Assembly (NCBI RefSeq): GCF_000315625.1
Contig: NW_005434609.1
Location: forward strand, 124,001-188,000
Source: Guillardia theta CCMP2712
Lineage: Eukaryota; Protista; Cryptophyta
DNA: 64,000 nucleotides
Reading direction: 5' to 3'
Shown here: piece after piece, positions 36,701 through 49,900 of the stretch
How the letters are laid out: every line of letters starts with the position of its first letter
Numbering within the stretch: the first letter of the stretch is position 1
The notes under the pieces: generated by a model
Databases searched by the model: none
The model's input: the letters and a program-made list of their open reading frames with translations, nothing else
What the model was told of the DNA's origin: nothing
Program-made: the position numbers and the translations under genes

Positions 36701-39700
36701 TCAGTGATAGGGTGGAAGCCATTGCCTGCCCCCCATGCCCCGTCGTTCTGACTGAGGCAGCACTCCACGTCCACGGAGGAGAAGGGGAAGCGGGAGAAGA
36801 AGTAGTCCCCGGACCTCGTCTCAGTCTTCTTGCGGGCAGGATCATCCGGGTACATCTCTATCACCCACTCCACCTTCCTGCAGTTCTTGTAACCATCGAT
36901 CGTCCCCCTGATCCTGTCCCACAGCGTGCACCTCTGATGGAAGACATAGTGGATCACCAGCACTCTGGCCCTCCCCACAGTCACCGTCTGCTTCCATCCC
37001 CCATGAAGCGTCTGCAGGAAGTTGAGGTTGAAATGAGGCCTGTTTAGATCAGCCACCGTCACGTTGTTGGTGGAGATGAACGGAACTCGTTCTGCGCACT
37101 GTCTTGAGTTGGACACGGCGAAGATGTAGGAAGGGAGAGGAAGGGCCTGCGCAAGGCCTACGACAACGTCCCATGCTGTCGTCGTCAGTGAGGACCGCAG
37201 CAAGACAAAGTCACTCGAGATCACTTGCAGACTATCCGTCTCGATGAGCTGCGTTGATCGCAAGCTTGTCAAAGTGACATTGGTGCCGGCAGTTAGCGGC
37301 ATCGTCGTCACAATCCTGACGTGCAGGACGTTGTCAAACTTTGGCTTCCTAGTCTCCTCACTGATGCTGGCCTGAAGCAGCTGCAGCTTGTGTACATGGA
37401 AGGTGTTGTAACGGCTCTCGCTGGCGTCGTAGACCTTGTCATCAGAAGCGCAGAAGGTTGTCAACATGACGTCCTGATGAAACTCCAGCGCCGAGCTGTA
37501 TGTCTGCACAACCCCAGCTGCTCCTACGATGTACCTCGGCACAGCTCCGAAAGAGCAGGAGAGCTGAACAAAGAGGGGGCCCAGGAAGTTTGTACGATCG
37601 AAGGGTCGGGGGAAGATCGCTACAGTCGGCGGTGGGAAGCGAATGGTGAAGGTCTTGTTGACTGCAACGGATCTGTGAAGGTTTGCCGACTCCACCCAGG
37701 TCTCTACTGTCAGGTTGGTGTGGTTCAGGTGGAAGGGGGAGGAGTACAGCGCAAACTCGCCGCAGGTCGTCGAGCAGACCCTGTAGTAGATGCGAGCGAA
37801 GGGAGTTTGACTCGATAGCGTCACCAGCACGCCCAGCTCGTCGACGGCAGTCAGGAGCTGCCCGTCAGGATCCGGGCTGAACTGAGCTGGGGAGCAGGCT
37901 AGCACGTAGAGGAACTCCTTCCTCGGGCTGGGAGAGGCTCCGGACCTGGTAGAGATGGCTGACAGCAAGACTTGCCCACTCGGCTGCGCCATGGAGGAGT
38001 TGAGAAGGATGGGACCGAGGTACCTCGAGCCCAGCAGGGGATCGCTCCCGTCCAGAGAGAAGAAAGTTTGCGCCCCGTCGAGCTCTTCCACGACCAGGGC
38101 GACGCCCACACTCAGCTCGTACTGAGCTGGGGCAGGCAACGCCGTGGGATCAGCTACAGACACCCTGAGCTGGCTGGACGTGAACCCGAAGGCGGAGGAG
38201 CTCCCAGCCAGCTCATCGTCCTCACTGAGCACCCAGGCCTTGAGGAAGAGGTTGGTGTAGACGATGAAGGGGCTGCTGTAGAGTTGGGGCTGCGATCCGT
38301 TGAGCGAGTAGAAGATGACACATCGCGGGGTGGAGGAGGAGATGGAGATGTTGATGAAGCTGGTGTTCGCTCTCTCGCAATCTCCCGTCGCTCCCTCCAG
38401 CGGGCACGAGGGCAGGATAGCAACTTTCTCGGCTGCGGAGACCGCGAGCTTGCTGTCCCTCGGGGCTCCCCAGCACGAGATGGCACCGGAGACAAGAAGG
38501 CCGCACGAGTGCTCGGAGGAGGCGGAGACGCGGGACCACCTGAGATCTGCACGAGGAGAGACGAGCAGGCGGTTGTCCGTCGTGCTCCCCCAGCAGGAGA
38601 TGGAGCCGTCAAGGGCGACGCCGCATGTGTGGGCAGTGCCACAAGATACTTGCTGCCATCCGTCACGGCGAGGAGGGCTGCTCTGACCCCACTCGTTCCC
38701 TCCCCAGCAGAGGAGAGTCCCGTTGAGCAGCACGCCGCACGAGTGAGATCTACCGGCACAGACGTCTGACCATTTCAAGGAGCTCCCTCCTGGTACGTCC
38801 ACCTGGTTCTCGTCGTATCCCTTCCCTCCCCAGCACAGTGCCGCCCCTCCTACCTCTATCCCACAGGAATGGAAGAATCCGCTCGACATCTTGATCCACA
38901 TCTTCCCAGCTGGAGGAGACGCTTGTAGGTAGGCATTGTCTCCCCAGCAGAGGGCCGTCCTGTCCTCGAGGATGCTGCAAGTGTGCGCTGCTCCTGCTGA
39001 GACCCTCCTCCAGCTCAAGGCTGTGCTCGGGACCGTTGCTTGCCCCATGGCGTTCTCTCCCCAGCAGAAGAGCTTGCCGTCCTCCATCACAGCGCACGTG
39101 TGCTGCTGGCCGAGATCAAAGTCGACAACTGAGCCGTGTTCAAGCACAGCAGGGAGGATCGACGTCTGTCCTGCACTGTTCCTGCCCCAGCAGATCAGCT
39201 TCCCCGAGCTGTCAAGGGCGCAGGTATGATGCCCTCCCGCCTTTACGTCTAGGAGCCTCGTCCCACACCAGACAGTCTGACAGGCCGGCAACCCTCCTCC
39301 CTGGCAGGTCGACGAGTCGGGAGGATAGCCTCCCGTTGGCCAGAACGCTCCAGCTCGGATGCAGAACGGTCTGTCTGCTGGAGTGGGTGCTGGAGGAGAG
39401 GTGACGTTCTGTTCTGGCGCGGGAACGAAGTTGTAGTCTCCGGACAGACTTCGTTCATAACGTGCAGCCTCGTCGGCCGAGTTCGCTTGTCTCCTCAGCT
39501 TGAGACTGTAGACCTGCTGAGAAAAAAAGACGTCATCGCTCAACAGGACGAAGTCCAGCGAGATCGAACTGTTGAGAGGCCAGTCATCGCACTGAGGCCC
39601 GGCAGTGACGTTGTGGTGCACTGGTTGGCTCCAATCGAAGACTCTCGCGTCCATGAGCTGCCAATCCTTCCTGTTGCCGAAGGTGTAGGCGAACGAGTAC

Positions 39701-42700
39701 ATCCCCTTGTTGACTTCGCTGACCGACGAAGGGGAGGAAGTAGCCGCCCAGGTCACGTACTCGTCTTGCTGGGAAGGCAGGGGGACCAGCCGGACCCAGG
39801 AGGTGGGCTGAGCAACGAGAGAAACTTTGATGACCATCTTTTGGCAGCCGAAGGTAATTTCGCTCCCCTCAGTGTCAAGGTCCAATACGAACTCGACATC
39901 TGGCGCATGTACGTCGTTCCCGACCTTGTCCATGGGCTTCAAGACGGAGAGAGCGAGCCGTTGAGACTTTATCGGCAGTGCTGGAGCAGTCGGAACGGGA
40001 GAGGAGGGAGAGGACTGGGGCAACATTGCGATGCAGACAAGACCAGCAATGTCTTGATGTAGAAGAGGGAGGGACTTGAGACTGAGCTGGTTGTAGTCAA
40101 TCACTTTGGAGTTCCTGAAGGAGTCAGAGAAAAGGAAGAGGCTCCTCTCCTGGAGCAGATCGTCAGTCTGCTTCCCACACTGATCGCACGTGAAAGCAGC
40201 GGAATGGTTCCCTCCGAACGAGAACGTCTTCAGCAGCTCCAAGTCTTCAAGACTAGCCCACTTGTAAGGAGCTCCCGTGACGGGATCGTCGGGACAGGAG
40301 TATGAACCGTTGCCCGTCCATCGCCAAGGCAAGCTCAAGACGAAGGCAACTCGGGGATCGAGTTTGTACCTGCAGAACCCTCTACAAGCATCGAAACTTC
40401 GTCCCGCATACCACAAGATCTGCTCGCTCCCTGCCGCAGGTCGAAGGGGAGAGGAGCTTCTGTTGTGTTCCTCCTTGACCACGACCTGAGGGCTGAGCTT
40501 CCACAGGCCGTTCTCGTGCAAGACAACAGGGACCGAGTAGTTCACTCCGTCATGACTGGCGCAGACAGTGACAAGACTGCTCGAGGGCTGCCTCGTCAGG
40601 GTGAACTGTAAGAACAAGTCCCTTCCTACTGCGTCTCCAGCCCTGCAGTAAGGTTCACACGAGCAGAAGAGCTTCGTCCCGCTTGCTGTGTAGAACAGCC
40701 CCTCCTCCCCGTGAGAGCTGCAAGTCGCGTTCCCTTCCACGAGCTTAATCTCGACCTCCGTCGCCTTGAGCAAGAAGGAGGATGGTCTGAAGAGCGTGAG
40801 GATGAAGGGCTGATGGAGGACGACGACTCCGCGCAGCTCTGCTTGCCAGACCCTCCAGGGAACGGGAGGAAGAGGGAGAGGATCTTGACAAGCGTCGCCG
40901 ATCTTGACGCTTCCTGTGAGATCCCTGAAGAACGTGACCTCCTGCTGGGAAGAGAGCTGGACGCTGGTTCTGATGTCTGCAGGATTGCTGTATGACGAGC
41001 TCAACGGCTGCAAGATCGAGAGCTCAAAACCGCCACGAGCGACGTTCAAGGTGACGTTGGAGGAGATCATAGGATCTTTAGAGAAGGTGAAGATAAGCCT
41101 GACTTGAAACGGATCTTGGACGTCGAGGGTTGTCTCCAAGAACAAATGAGAGAAGAACACTTGGCCTTGCTCAACTTTCCGAACCGTGTCCCCCATCACT
41201 GCCACCTGTGTGTTCCAAGACTCGACTTGTACTGAGATTTCACCATCTTCTTCTCTCCTGACGATATTGCCGTAGTCATCGACCAGGGAAACGACGGGCT
41301 GGATGCCGAAAGGAAGCCCGATGAAGACAGTCTGGATGCCGTCGACCTGCTGATCTGTGATGGACGCGGGCAATCGAGAGACGACGAGGCGTGTTGGATC
41401 TCCCGGAGCGACCGTGATGTTCATGGCGAGAGAACGCTGGGAACCTAGCAGGACATCCTCGAACACAACGAGATAACCAATTCCCGCTCGTCTGAAAGAG
41501 AGGTCCAAGAAACTAGCGACTCCCCCGATAGACAGGATGTGGGTTGTCCCGAACATCGACGGAGCCGACTCGCAGGTCAGGTTGTAGGGATCACAAGATT
41601 GCGGCATGCGGCATGTCGACGAGCAGTCGTAACGCACTAGGGAGTAGTTGACATGGACTGACACGTACCTCCTGGATGCGGTCTGAAACCCGTGAAGGTC
41701 GACCAACCTGACAACCAAAGGAGGATTGAACATCGGCCCAGCAGTGAAAGTATTGGAATTCCCCTTGTCTGAGACCAAACTATTCACAGGGAATTCAACT
41801 TCAAACACAAGGGATGAATTCTCCAACGAAATCCCTTCGTACAAGACGGAATACTTGACCGCAAAGTAGCCTGGCTCGCTGACGGTCAGGTCGTTGAAGA
41901 GAAATCGGACGGGACTGCGGGAGTATGGTAGGACACCCTTGCTTCCAGTCAGCAGACGGTCTTGATTGGGCTTCTTAGGAAATCCCTCAAGCGTCAGGTT
42001 GGCAAACCCGCTGTAGCTGAGGTCGACGACGAAGTTTTCGTAGGCATCGAGCAGAGCAATTTCCGTCAAGAACGAGTCCAGCGCTACCTGGTTTACACCC
42101 TGCCCAGCTGTACAAGGAAGAGCGCAGGGTTGCTGCAGAACAGAGATCGAGCGGGGCGAGGAAGAGGTGACTTTGAATACGATTGAATTCAACTCGCCAA
42201 TCAATGGCATACTGAAATGTAAGGAATATTTCCCAACTCGCAAGAGCTTCAGATCGGTGAACTTGACGACTCCAGCTCTGGCCTCAGCTGTGGTTTTCCC
42301 CAGCAAGCTGCAGGAGTCAGTTGACCATGGCGCGACAGTCTGTGTGCTGTTTTCCTTGTAACATGTCAGATTGACACCAGCTTCCCGATGAGACAAGAGA
42401 GCATATTCACTGTTGAGGTCCAACACCTTGACCACTACCTCACTCAAGGCTACTCCCGCCTGTACCTCCACAGTCGGTTGGCTGACAAACTGGACAGAGG
42501 CGACAGGAGGCATGATGTTGAAGCGTGTTGACTCGAGAGCTCCGTCCAGGAACTTATAAGCAAACTTGAGGGTGAAGCCTCTTCCGGGCTTAGAGACGAA
42601 CAGATCCGTGAACGAGGCTACACCGTGCCTAAAAGGGACAGCCAGGGTCCCTTCCAGCGAAGCTCCTGACGGGTTCAGCCCCAAAGATACAGAGACGAGG

Positions 42701-44455
42701 TCGGAGCTGATATCGTCATTGACTAGTCCTTTGTGGTACAGGGCTAGTTGAGGGTTGAAGGGAAAGACCTCGTTGGCGATACAGTCGACGGGTTGTGCGA
42801 CGATGAAAACCTTGTCGACCGAAGGAACTGGATTGGCGACATTGAATCGGCCATCCTTCAGAGAGGACACTCCAAGGACAAGGTCGGCTTGCTGCGGTAG
42901 ATTGATATTATAAGTGTTGCGAATAAACACACAGGAAGGCCTTGAATATCGGTAGTCTCCCACTGAAGCCATAAAACACAACGAGTAAACAACGCTCGCA
43001 TTAGGGAAGAATTCACACCCCACATTCCATTGAACATCGAGATATCTCTGCGAGGTTGGTCCAACAATTGTCTCTCCCTTGCAATCTCCTGATAACAAGT
43101 TCTCCTTTGCGCATCCGTGATAGACCAAGTTTTTGCTGAGAGAAAAGTCGCCCAAGGGCAGGATGGACATGGCAGAGTTGGAGAAGTTGTTGGCAAACAT
43201 GAATCTGACGAAGGGAAGACTGCTCTCTATTTTGCTGCTCCTGCAAAAGAATCTGCTCGTTCCCAAGGGGCAGGCATCCGAGCTAACGCACCTGTACAAC
43301 AACTCACTTCCAGCTGAGGGGGAAATAAGTCATTCACCTGCTATAGAGATGGGAGTCGAGATTGATGTACAGGATTTCATCTGCAGTAGGACAGATTCCT
43401 ACGAAACCCTCACATTCAAAAAGATGTGCATCTGACGGGCTTATGCATTTAGAGACTTGGAAACTGGAGTTGACGCCATCCCAAAACAGCGATTTGGAGC
43501 AATCAAAGAGGATTGTATCTGATATAGTGGTAGGACGAGTTACCAAGAATCCTGAGTATCCGACATTGAGAGGGGAGTCTTGTGAAACACGGATGATGAA
43601 ATCAATGGCACGAGTTCCTGAAAGGGAGTTCACCTCTAGGGATATTTGCAAGAAACAAGGAAACTTGTTGCAAGCATTCTGAGTGAGAACTCTGATTCTA
43701 CCGTCATCACTCAGCATGATGCCTCCAGACGAGTAGTATTGTAATATGGTTGACTGCGAATAGGAGTCTGAAGCAGAGCTGCCTATGGCGTCAGGGAGTA
43801 GAAATGGGTAACGAGTGAGCGTGACTGAAGAATTCTCATCAATGATCAGCTGGTAATCAGATTCGGGATTGAGAGAGAGAAGAGGAGGAATGACTGCAAA
43901 AGGTGATTGAGGGTAAGAATTTTCTGATATGACAACTGTTGTCCTGACATGCCAGTCTGTGCCTTGACTATACACCAGGGAACTGCGGCAACAACCTTGA
44001 AAGAATGCTTGATACTCCCCGGAAGATTGATAGCTGTGGGAAAATGCTAACTTTGAATAAACTAGTCTATCGTCCAACCTGATTATGATGAAGCTGAAAC
44101 GAGACGCATTAGTCTGCAACTTGCAATTTTCTGACATACACGTGTAGATTGATCGACGCACGTCCGACGTGGACCCTTCTGTCACATTCAAAATTGAACC
44201 AGGCCCGCCGTTGATGCAAGAAAGCCATTCATCTCTCAGAGCCTGTACATTTGGTTCTTGCGCAGTTTGTTTGCTCAGCGTGCTTCGCCAAGTGTCCCGT
44301 TCCCATGCTACTTCAAGCGAAAAATGAACGAGAGAGGGATCCATGGGATCTACTCTCCAAGAAAGATCTCCAGAAACGAACCAACAATAACATTGCTTAA
44401 AGAATAAAGACATGATCAAGACATTCAAAGTTACAACAGCATTCAATCGCCGCAT
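24786..44455 (-). CDS. Giant secreted mosaic protein, about 6,439 aa, 5 exons (44455-43338, 43291-32893, 32695-25695, 25636-24973, 24923-24786)
   Basis: All four introns are GT-AG and join the ORFs in frame; total CDS 19,320 nt. Signal peptide; invasin-type Ig-like repeats; two 7-bladed RCC1/BLIP-II-like propellers; chitobiase/Fn3-associated-like repeats (YTLDGSNP); 12 Myxococcus-type Cys-rich repeats; one LNR repeat; ephrin-receptor-like Cys repeats. Confidence 0.85.
28230..30260 (-). repeat. 12 Myxococcus cysteine-rich-type protein repeats (CGDG-x5-7-E-x-CDDGN-x4-DGC) inside the giant gene
   Basis: Counted in the translation of ORF 25691-32692; some copies are degenerate. Confidence 0.85.
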
Positions 44456-44844
44456 GGTTCCAACAGGGCACGTGAAAGCCACGGACAACAAGCCTTTGCT
44501 CTGGCTGGCCCACAGTTACAGGACCGTTCAGCTCCTACCCTGCTGTCGACCAACGGATGTAGCAGAGGCTTGGCTACTCTCAGGCGTCTTCCTCCTCCTC
44601 CTCCCTACCGCCTGATCCTCTGCAGCAGAGCCTCCCTCGTTGACAGCGCCATCTTCGCTTCAAGAGGCATAACCGTTACGGGTACTCGTAACCGCTAGTC
44701 AAAAGTACCAATTCCACCCACCCCCTGATTTTTCTGTCTGATCGAAGGAAAAATGGGGGTGAAGACCTGGCACAGGGCAAAGGGGGTGGTGGAAGGAATG
44801 CCGTTGTGCAAAGAAAGGGATTCAGACGAAAGATAATGACAGAC

Positions 44845-45018
44845 TGGAGGGGAGGAGGGCAGGAGAGGAGGAGGGGAGAAAGGAGGGCAGGAGGGCAGGA
44901 GGGCAGGAGGGCAGGAGGGCAGGAGAGGAGGAGGGGAGAAAGGAGGGGAGGAGGGGAGGAGGGGAGGAGGGGAGGAGGGCAGAAAGGAGGGCAGGAGGGC
45001 AGGAGGGCAGGAGGGTAG
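44845..45018. repeat. Polypurine tandem repeat (ggagggcagg/ggaggag) between the divergent giant gene and the PDZ gene
   Basis: Directly visible. Confidence 0.85.
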
Positions 45019-45299
45019 GAGCTAGAACAATAAGGTGCGGAAGGCAATGCAGCACGCTGAGGGAGGAGTCGAAGTAGGCCGAGCCGAGCCCCAGGAAGTC
45101 GGTCGCGAGCGACGTCATCGAGAAGGAGCGGAGCGCCTTCTCCGTTAGACAAAAGGAGACAGCGTAGGACAATAGAAGAAGATGTAATTGAAATTTTCAC
45201 TGGGGATAGAGCTGTGACATTTTTTTGTCGAATGAATGACAAGAATAGATTAGATTCCTTGTAAACCTGATCTCAACGATTGACGTTTGTGCAGGAAAC

Positions 45300-46650
45300 A
45301 AGATGATAAATGAGTGGTTTCAAAGTATTTACACTGACTTTGAAAGCTGCGTACCAATAAGGCATGGATCAAAAGAATGCGGAGTAGGAATCAATTGTAA
45401 GCTTTGCTTGTTATTTGCGTGTCAACTTTGACTTTCGCATCAGTCACGTACGACACAAACGGAGGTTTGGTAGTTCACTCGCTAGTGCAGAATGGTCCAG
45501 CAGCAATGGCGGGGGTAAGGAGATCAGTATCAGCTTGTTGAAATCCCTGATAGAGGCGAGCACAGGTCCTTCCAGGAGATATCTTATATGAAATCGAAGG
45601 GAGGCCTTGTTTTGCGGCGCCTCTTGAAAGAGTAACTGCGATGCTGACAGGACCGTGAGTTATTGAGACAACTTGTGACATGTGGCCTATGCTGACTCTT
45701 GATCAGTGAGAACAGTTTTGTATGGACAACATTCAGGAGGAAAGAGAAATTCATGAAGTTGGAAATCCGCAGAGTATTTCCCTTGCGTGCCAAACTTCCT
45801 GAATTCCGTGAAGATGAAGAGTCGGTGGCTGCGTCAAAACCGAAGCATAAGTTTTTCGAAAATCCTGCCAATTCTTCTCAATCTGATCCAGAAGACTCTC
45901 CCAAATCCTTGATCGAAGTCAAAGGGAACAAAAGAAAATCGAATGAATTCCAAATCCTTAGGGACACCAATTCGGAGATGGACAAATCTGAACACTCTTC
46001 CTTCAGCAAGGTGAACTTGTAACCTGCAAATGTCTTCTCCTTTGAAGAAAATTTCGAGAACAGCGTTCTCGTGGATCATTATCTTTCAAAATCTCGAAGG
46101 GAAATGCAAGGCAGCCTCTCTCACATTTGGTACACTGCATGTGAAGTCTGGTTGTGGGGATGGTGACTTTGACGTAGGAGAATTCGAGCAACAAGTTTGT
46201 CGATGTGCGCCCTACATCAAATTACCCTGCTCGCAAGAGTCCACGGGTAAGGATTGATTGCACCCTGCAAACGAGTCTGATCAATATTCGGATCAGACCA
46301 AAAACACTCTTGTGAGTGATTACAAGCAGAGAACCAATAGCCTTGTGAAAAACAGGTGGATGTCGGGAGCGTTGATTTATGGCATAATTGACGCAGAATA
46401 TGAAGCAATGTATTCGGAAGGCCAGAGGCACCCACTGGTTTCACTCCCCGCGAGGTGAAATGTTGTTCGGCGAGAAAAGAATTGCTGTATACTGATCCAT
46501 TTACCAACATGTAGGTCATCGATTTGGAGAGGAAAAGGTTTAATGTTTTTTGTTTCTCAACAAGGATTTTACTCATCCTGTCAGGTCTGAGCCTGCATAT
46601 TACCCTCACAGGAGATAGAAATCGTTGTCAAACTGGCAGATCGGATTGAA
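45300..46650 (+). CDS. PDZ domain-containing hypothetical protein, many short exons; both ends uncertain
   Basis: The spliced reading KECGVGIN|...FVVHSLVQNGPAAMAG|...VLPGDILYEIEGRPCFAAPLERVTAMLTGP|ENSFVWTTFRR follows the PDZ pattern. Confidence 0.6.
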
Positions 46651-46699
46651 TAAACGTGATTTTGCCCCCCCTCAGTTCATCACCCCAACGAAGGCTCGG

Positions 46700-46890
46700 T
46701 CGCTATGCCGGGCCTGGCCGAGTCTTTAAGTGCAGTGAGTCACCGGCCGGGCGGCCGGGCCCCGCCCGCCGGGACTCGTGACCAGTGACACGGTGACACT
46801 CTGGAGTCACTGGCCGGGCGGCCCCGGACGGCGGGGCACTGCAAAGGCTCACTCAGTGAGCTATCAGTGTTTAGTCAGGCCCGCACCAGA
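46700..46890. repeat. GC-rich intergenic motif island, copy 3
   Basis: Contains gagtcaccggccgggcggccgggc, gggactcgtgacc, cacggtgacac and gctcactcagtgagc, the same vocabulary as the other islands. Confidence 0.6.
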
Positions 46891-46907
46891 GAAGTTTGGT
46901 TTGTGGG

Positions 46908-49900
46908 ATGCGATGCAGAGGATGCGGTGGGGTCGTACTGTTCGCCGCCTTCATGCTTTCACTAGGACCTGCTCCCATATACTCTCCTCCTCCTCCTCCT
47001 CCTCCTCCTCCTCCTCCTCCTCCTCCTCCTCCTCATGCCTCTTCCATACCATCTCGTCAGGTCGGCGATCGTCATTCCTCGATGCATCAGTCTCGAGCTC
47101 TTGGGAACGATCCGGTGTGGAGAAAGCGCAGGTCAGAGATCGACCAGAGGAGGAAGCGGAATCGGATCGAACCTTGCTCGTTTCCTGCATCAAGAACCGA
47201 GTTGACGATGACAGAAAGAGTTGATGTCGAAGCATCAGAAGGGATGACAGCAAACAAAGTCATCAGAAGCTTTCTGGAGGGGAATTTCTGGTTTCCCGTG
47301 CAAATCCAGGGAGAGAAAGACAACAGGATCTCTTTCACCGTCGACAACAAGGCAAGATGCAAGATGAAGTGGTTCGAAGGAGATATGGAAGCTCCCATCG
47401 AGGGAGCAGGAGATCTAAGATTCCTCTTGGCCTCGATCTTTCAAGTGCCCTGCGAGGAGGTAGACGTGGCGATTCGATGCCTTGACAACGGCAAGTCTCT
47501 GAGAATGACGTCCAGCAATCCGAGAGAGCTTCTGGAAGAGCTCAAGACTTTGACAGAGCGAAGCTTCTTCTCAGTCACGCGCAAGGGAGTCGACAGTGGA
47601 GCAGAGTTTGAGGCCGCTGACATGATGGGGGATTCGGACGACATGAGGGTGGAGTCCACTTCTGACCCTGGAGCCAAGGAGATGTCTGATCCTGCTCGCG
47701 TTTCATCGTTGGATCACTCGGATCCTCTAGAAGGGGAGGAGAAGAGTCCCGGACAAAGATGTTTGGATAAGCTGCTGGTTGAAATCCATTACATGCAAGC
47801 GGGAAGGAATGAAACGTTCCTGCTTCGAAAACTGATAGACTCTGAGGCAACAGGCGGCAAGGAAGAAGAGGATATCCTCATAGAGATGACTTGGATCCAA
47901 GGCAAGGCAAGGTTCTTCCTGAATGCAGTTCGAGACCTTGTTCTCTTCTTGTCAAGATTGTTTGGGACCAGTTTTGATCATTCACATCTTTCTCTTGTGA
48001 GCAGCCAAGATGTGAGCAGTGTTCCGCAGAGAATATCGAGGTACACATCCAGACTAGATTTCTGGGCTGAGATGAAGAAGCATGGAGTCTTGGGCACCAC
48101 CAAACTTTACTTCCAGCACGTCGACGTATCAGTGCAGCTGGATCAGATGAGGGAGATTTCGCTCAAGTCGATTCTCGGTGATTTGAATCCCATTCCGCTG
48201 CCTCAGTTCCAGCCTCGAACGTTCGACTTTCGTGTGACTGACGGCGATAAAGAAGAAGTGATGCGGATAGAGATGGAGGCAAAGGGAGCAACAGGTATGT
48301 CGAGGACTCGATGCCTGGATGTACGTTCGAAGCTCGAACACTCTGTTTTGCTGACTTGGAAAAGAGGGAATATGCAGCTTCTCCTGGTAACGTCGTAACA
48401 TGGATCTGTTGAGTGATGACGTCTTTTGTGACAGAAGCACGGTTCTCAAGATGCGATCAAGGTTTTTGCTCCAATCTTCAGGAGAAAAGCGAAAGACAGC
48501 ATTCTTGAATTGAAAGTACCTGCAACTGAACTCCCCGAGAAAATGGCGACTGTCACAGTCGATGACATAAGTCCCTCTCAATTCATCAGCTTGATTGCAC
48601 ATTGCTCCCTACGGGACATTGCTGTTCGAGTGGCGCAGAAAAAAAATGTTGATTCGAACATGATGCCTTTGTTGAATGATCCCATTTGTCGCAACAATTT
48701 TCCCAGACGTTTTGGTAGTACCAAGGGTGTCAAAGCAAGTTCTGAGGCTGTGAATCCTTTGCTTGTAAGAGGAGAAGAAGATCCCATAGAGGATGATTCA
48801 GATGACGGTGGAGTGAGCATTGATCCGGTCCGAGTAAGTGCGATGAATTGCGCAGAGGCATGTAAATTGCTTGAACGCTCTCTGGAAAAAGTGCGGCGAG
48901 GGGGTATGGATGAGGAAGATAGGGCATGGGAGATCTTTAGGTTGAAGCAGATCATCGATGGGATGCAAATGAAAGATCAGGAAATCTACTGCTGCTTTGC
49001 AATGGGTCGCTGAGACGTTTGTTCGCAGATTCTTCTTCTTTCTGACAAGGATTGGACCAATTATTGTCTTGCGAGCGCAAAATACCTTTCGTTCATAGGA
49101 AGTTTCGCTGAAGTATTTGAAATCTACCGGTCTGCGATATATTATTCACCGAAATCTTCTCGCGCATTGTGTGAATATGCAAAATTCCTCTCCATGGCAA
49201 GAATTTAAACGCTTTCCCAACAACTAGGTCTGACTTTCTTGATAGGACTCCGAGTTTTGGGATACCTCTGAAGCTCTGTTTGAGCTTGCGATTGTCACTG
49301 ACAATGAGCAAATTGCTGCTCAGAATGGAACTATCGATCATCTTACGAGCGCCAGAATCAGATTTGATTTCGCTCATTTCTGCCAGACCAAAAAGATAGA
49401 TCTTGATCTGGCAGAGAAGCTGCTCAGAGAATCGATTGCCTTCAATCCCGCTCGCTCCAGTGTTTGGCATAATCTTGGCATCCTGCTCATGGGCAAGGTG
49501 TCTTCTTCTTCATGTAGATATTGACATCTTACGTTGCGTTACCAGAACGGCGAACAAGAGGCACAAACAGCATTCGATAGGGCGCTCATGCTGAACCCAT
49601 CATCCATAGACACACTGTGCAGCAAAGCCAGCTTGTCTCTGCACATGGCCAAGAACATTTCTGAGATATGTCAGCTGGTGGAGAGGGCAGAAAGCATCAA
49701 ACCTGGAAGCTTTGAAGTATTGCTGCTCAAAGGATCGTTATTTCACCACAAGGATTACAACGATCAACTGGGAGCTTTTCGGAACCTCTTAAGAGCCTTC
49801 AGACTTCAGCCGTACAACGTTGAATTGCTGCACACAATGGGGAGCTTTCACAAGCTGGTAAACGTTTTCATCCTTCATGACGAGCGGCATAACGTGCCAC

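Noticed and set aside
24697-44491. Treating the four large minus-strand ORFs as separate genes or a pseudogene
   Set aside because: Canonical introns join all of them in frame, and only the first has an ATG with a signal peptide.
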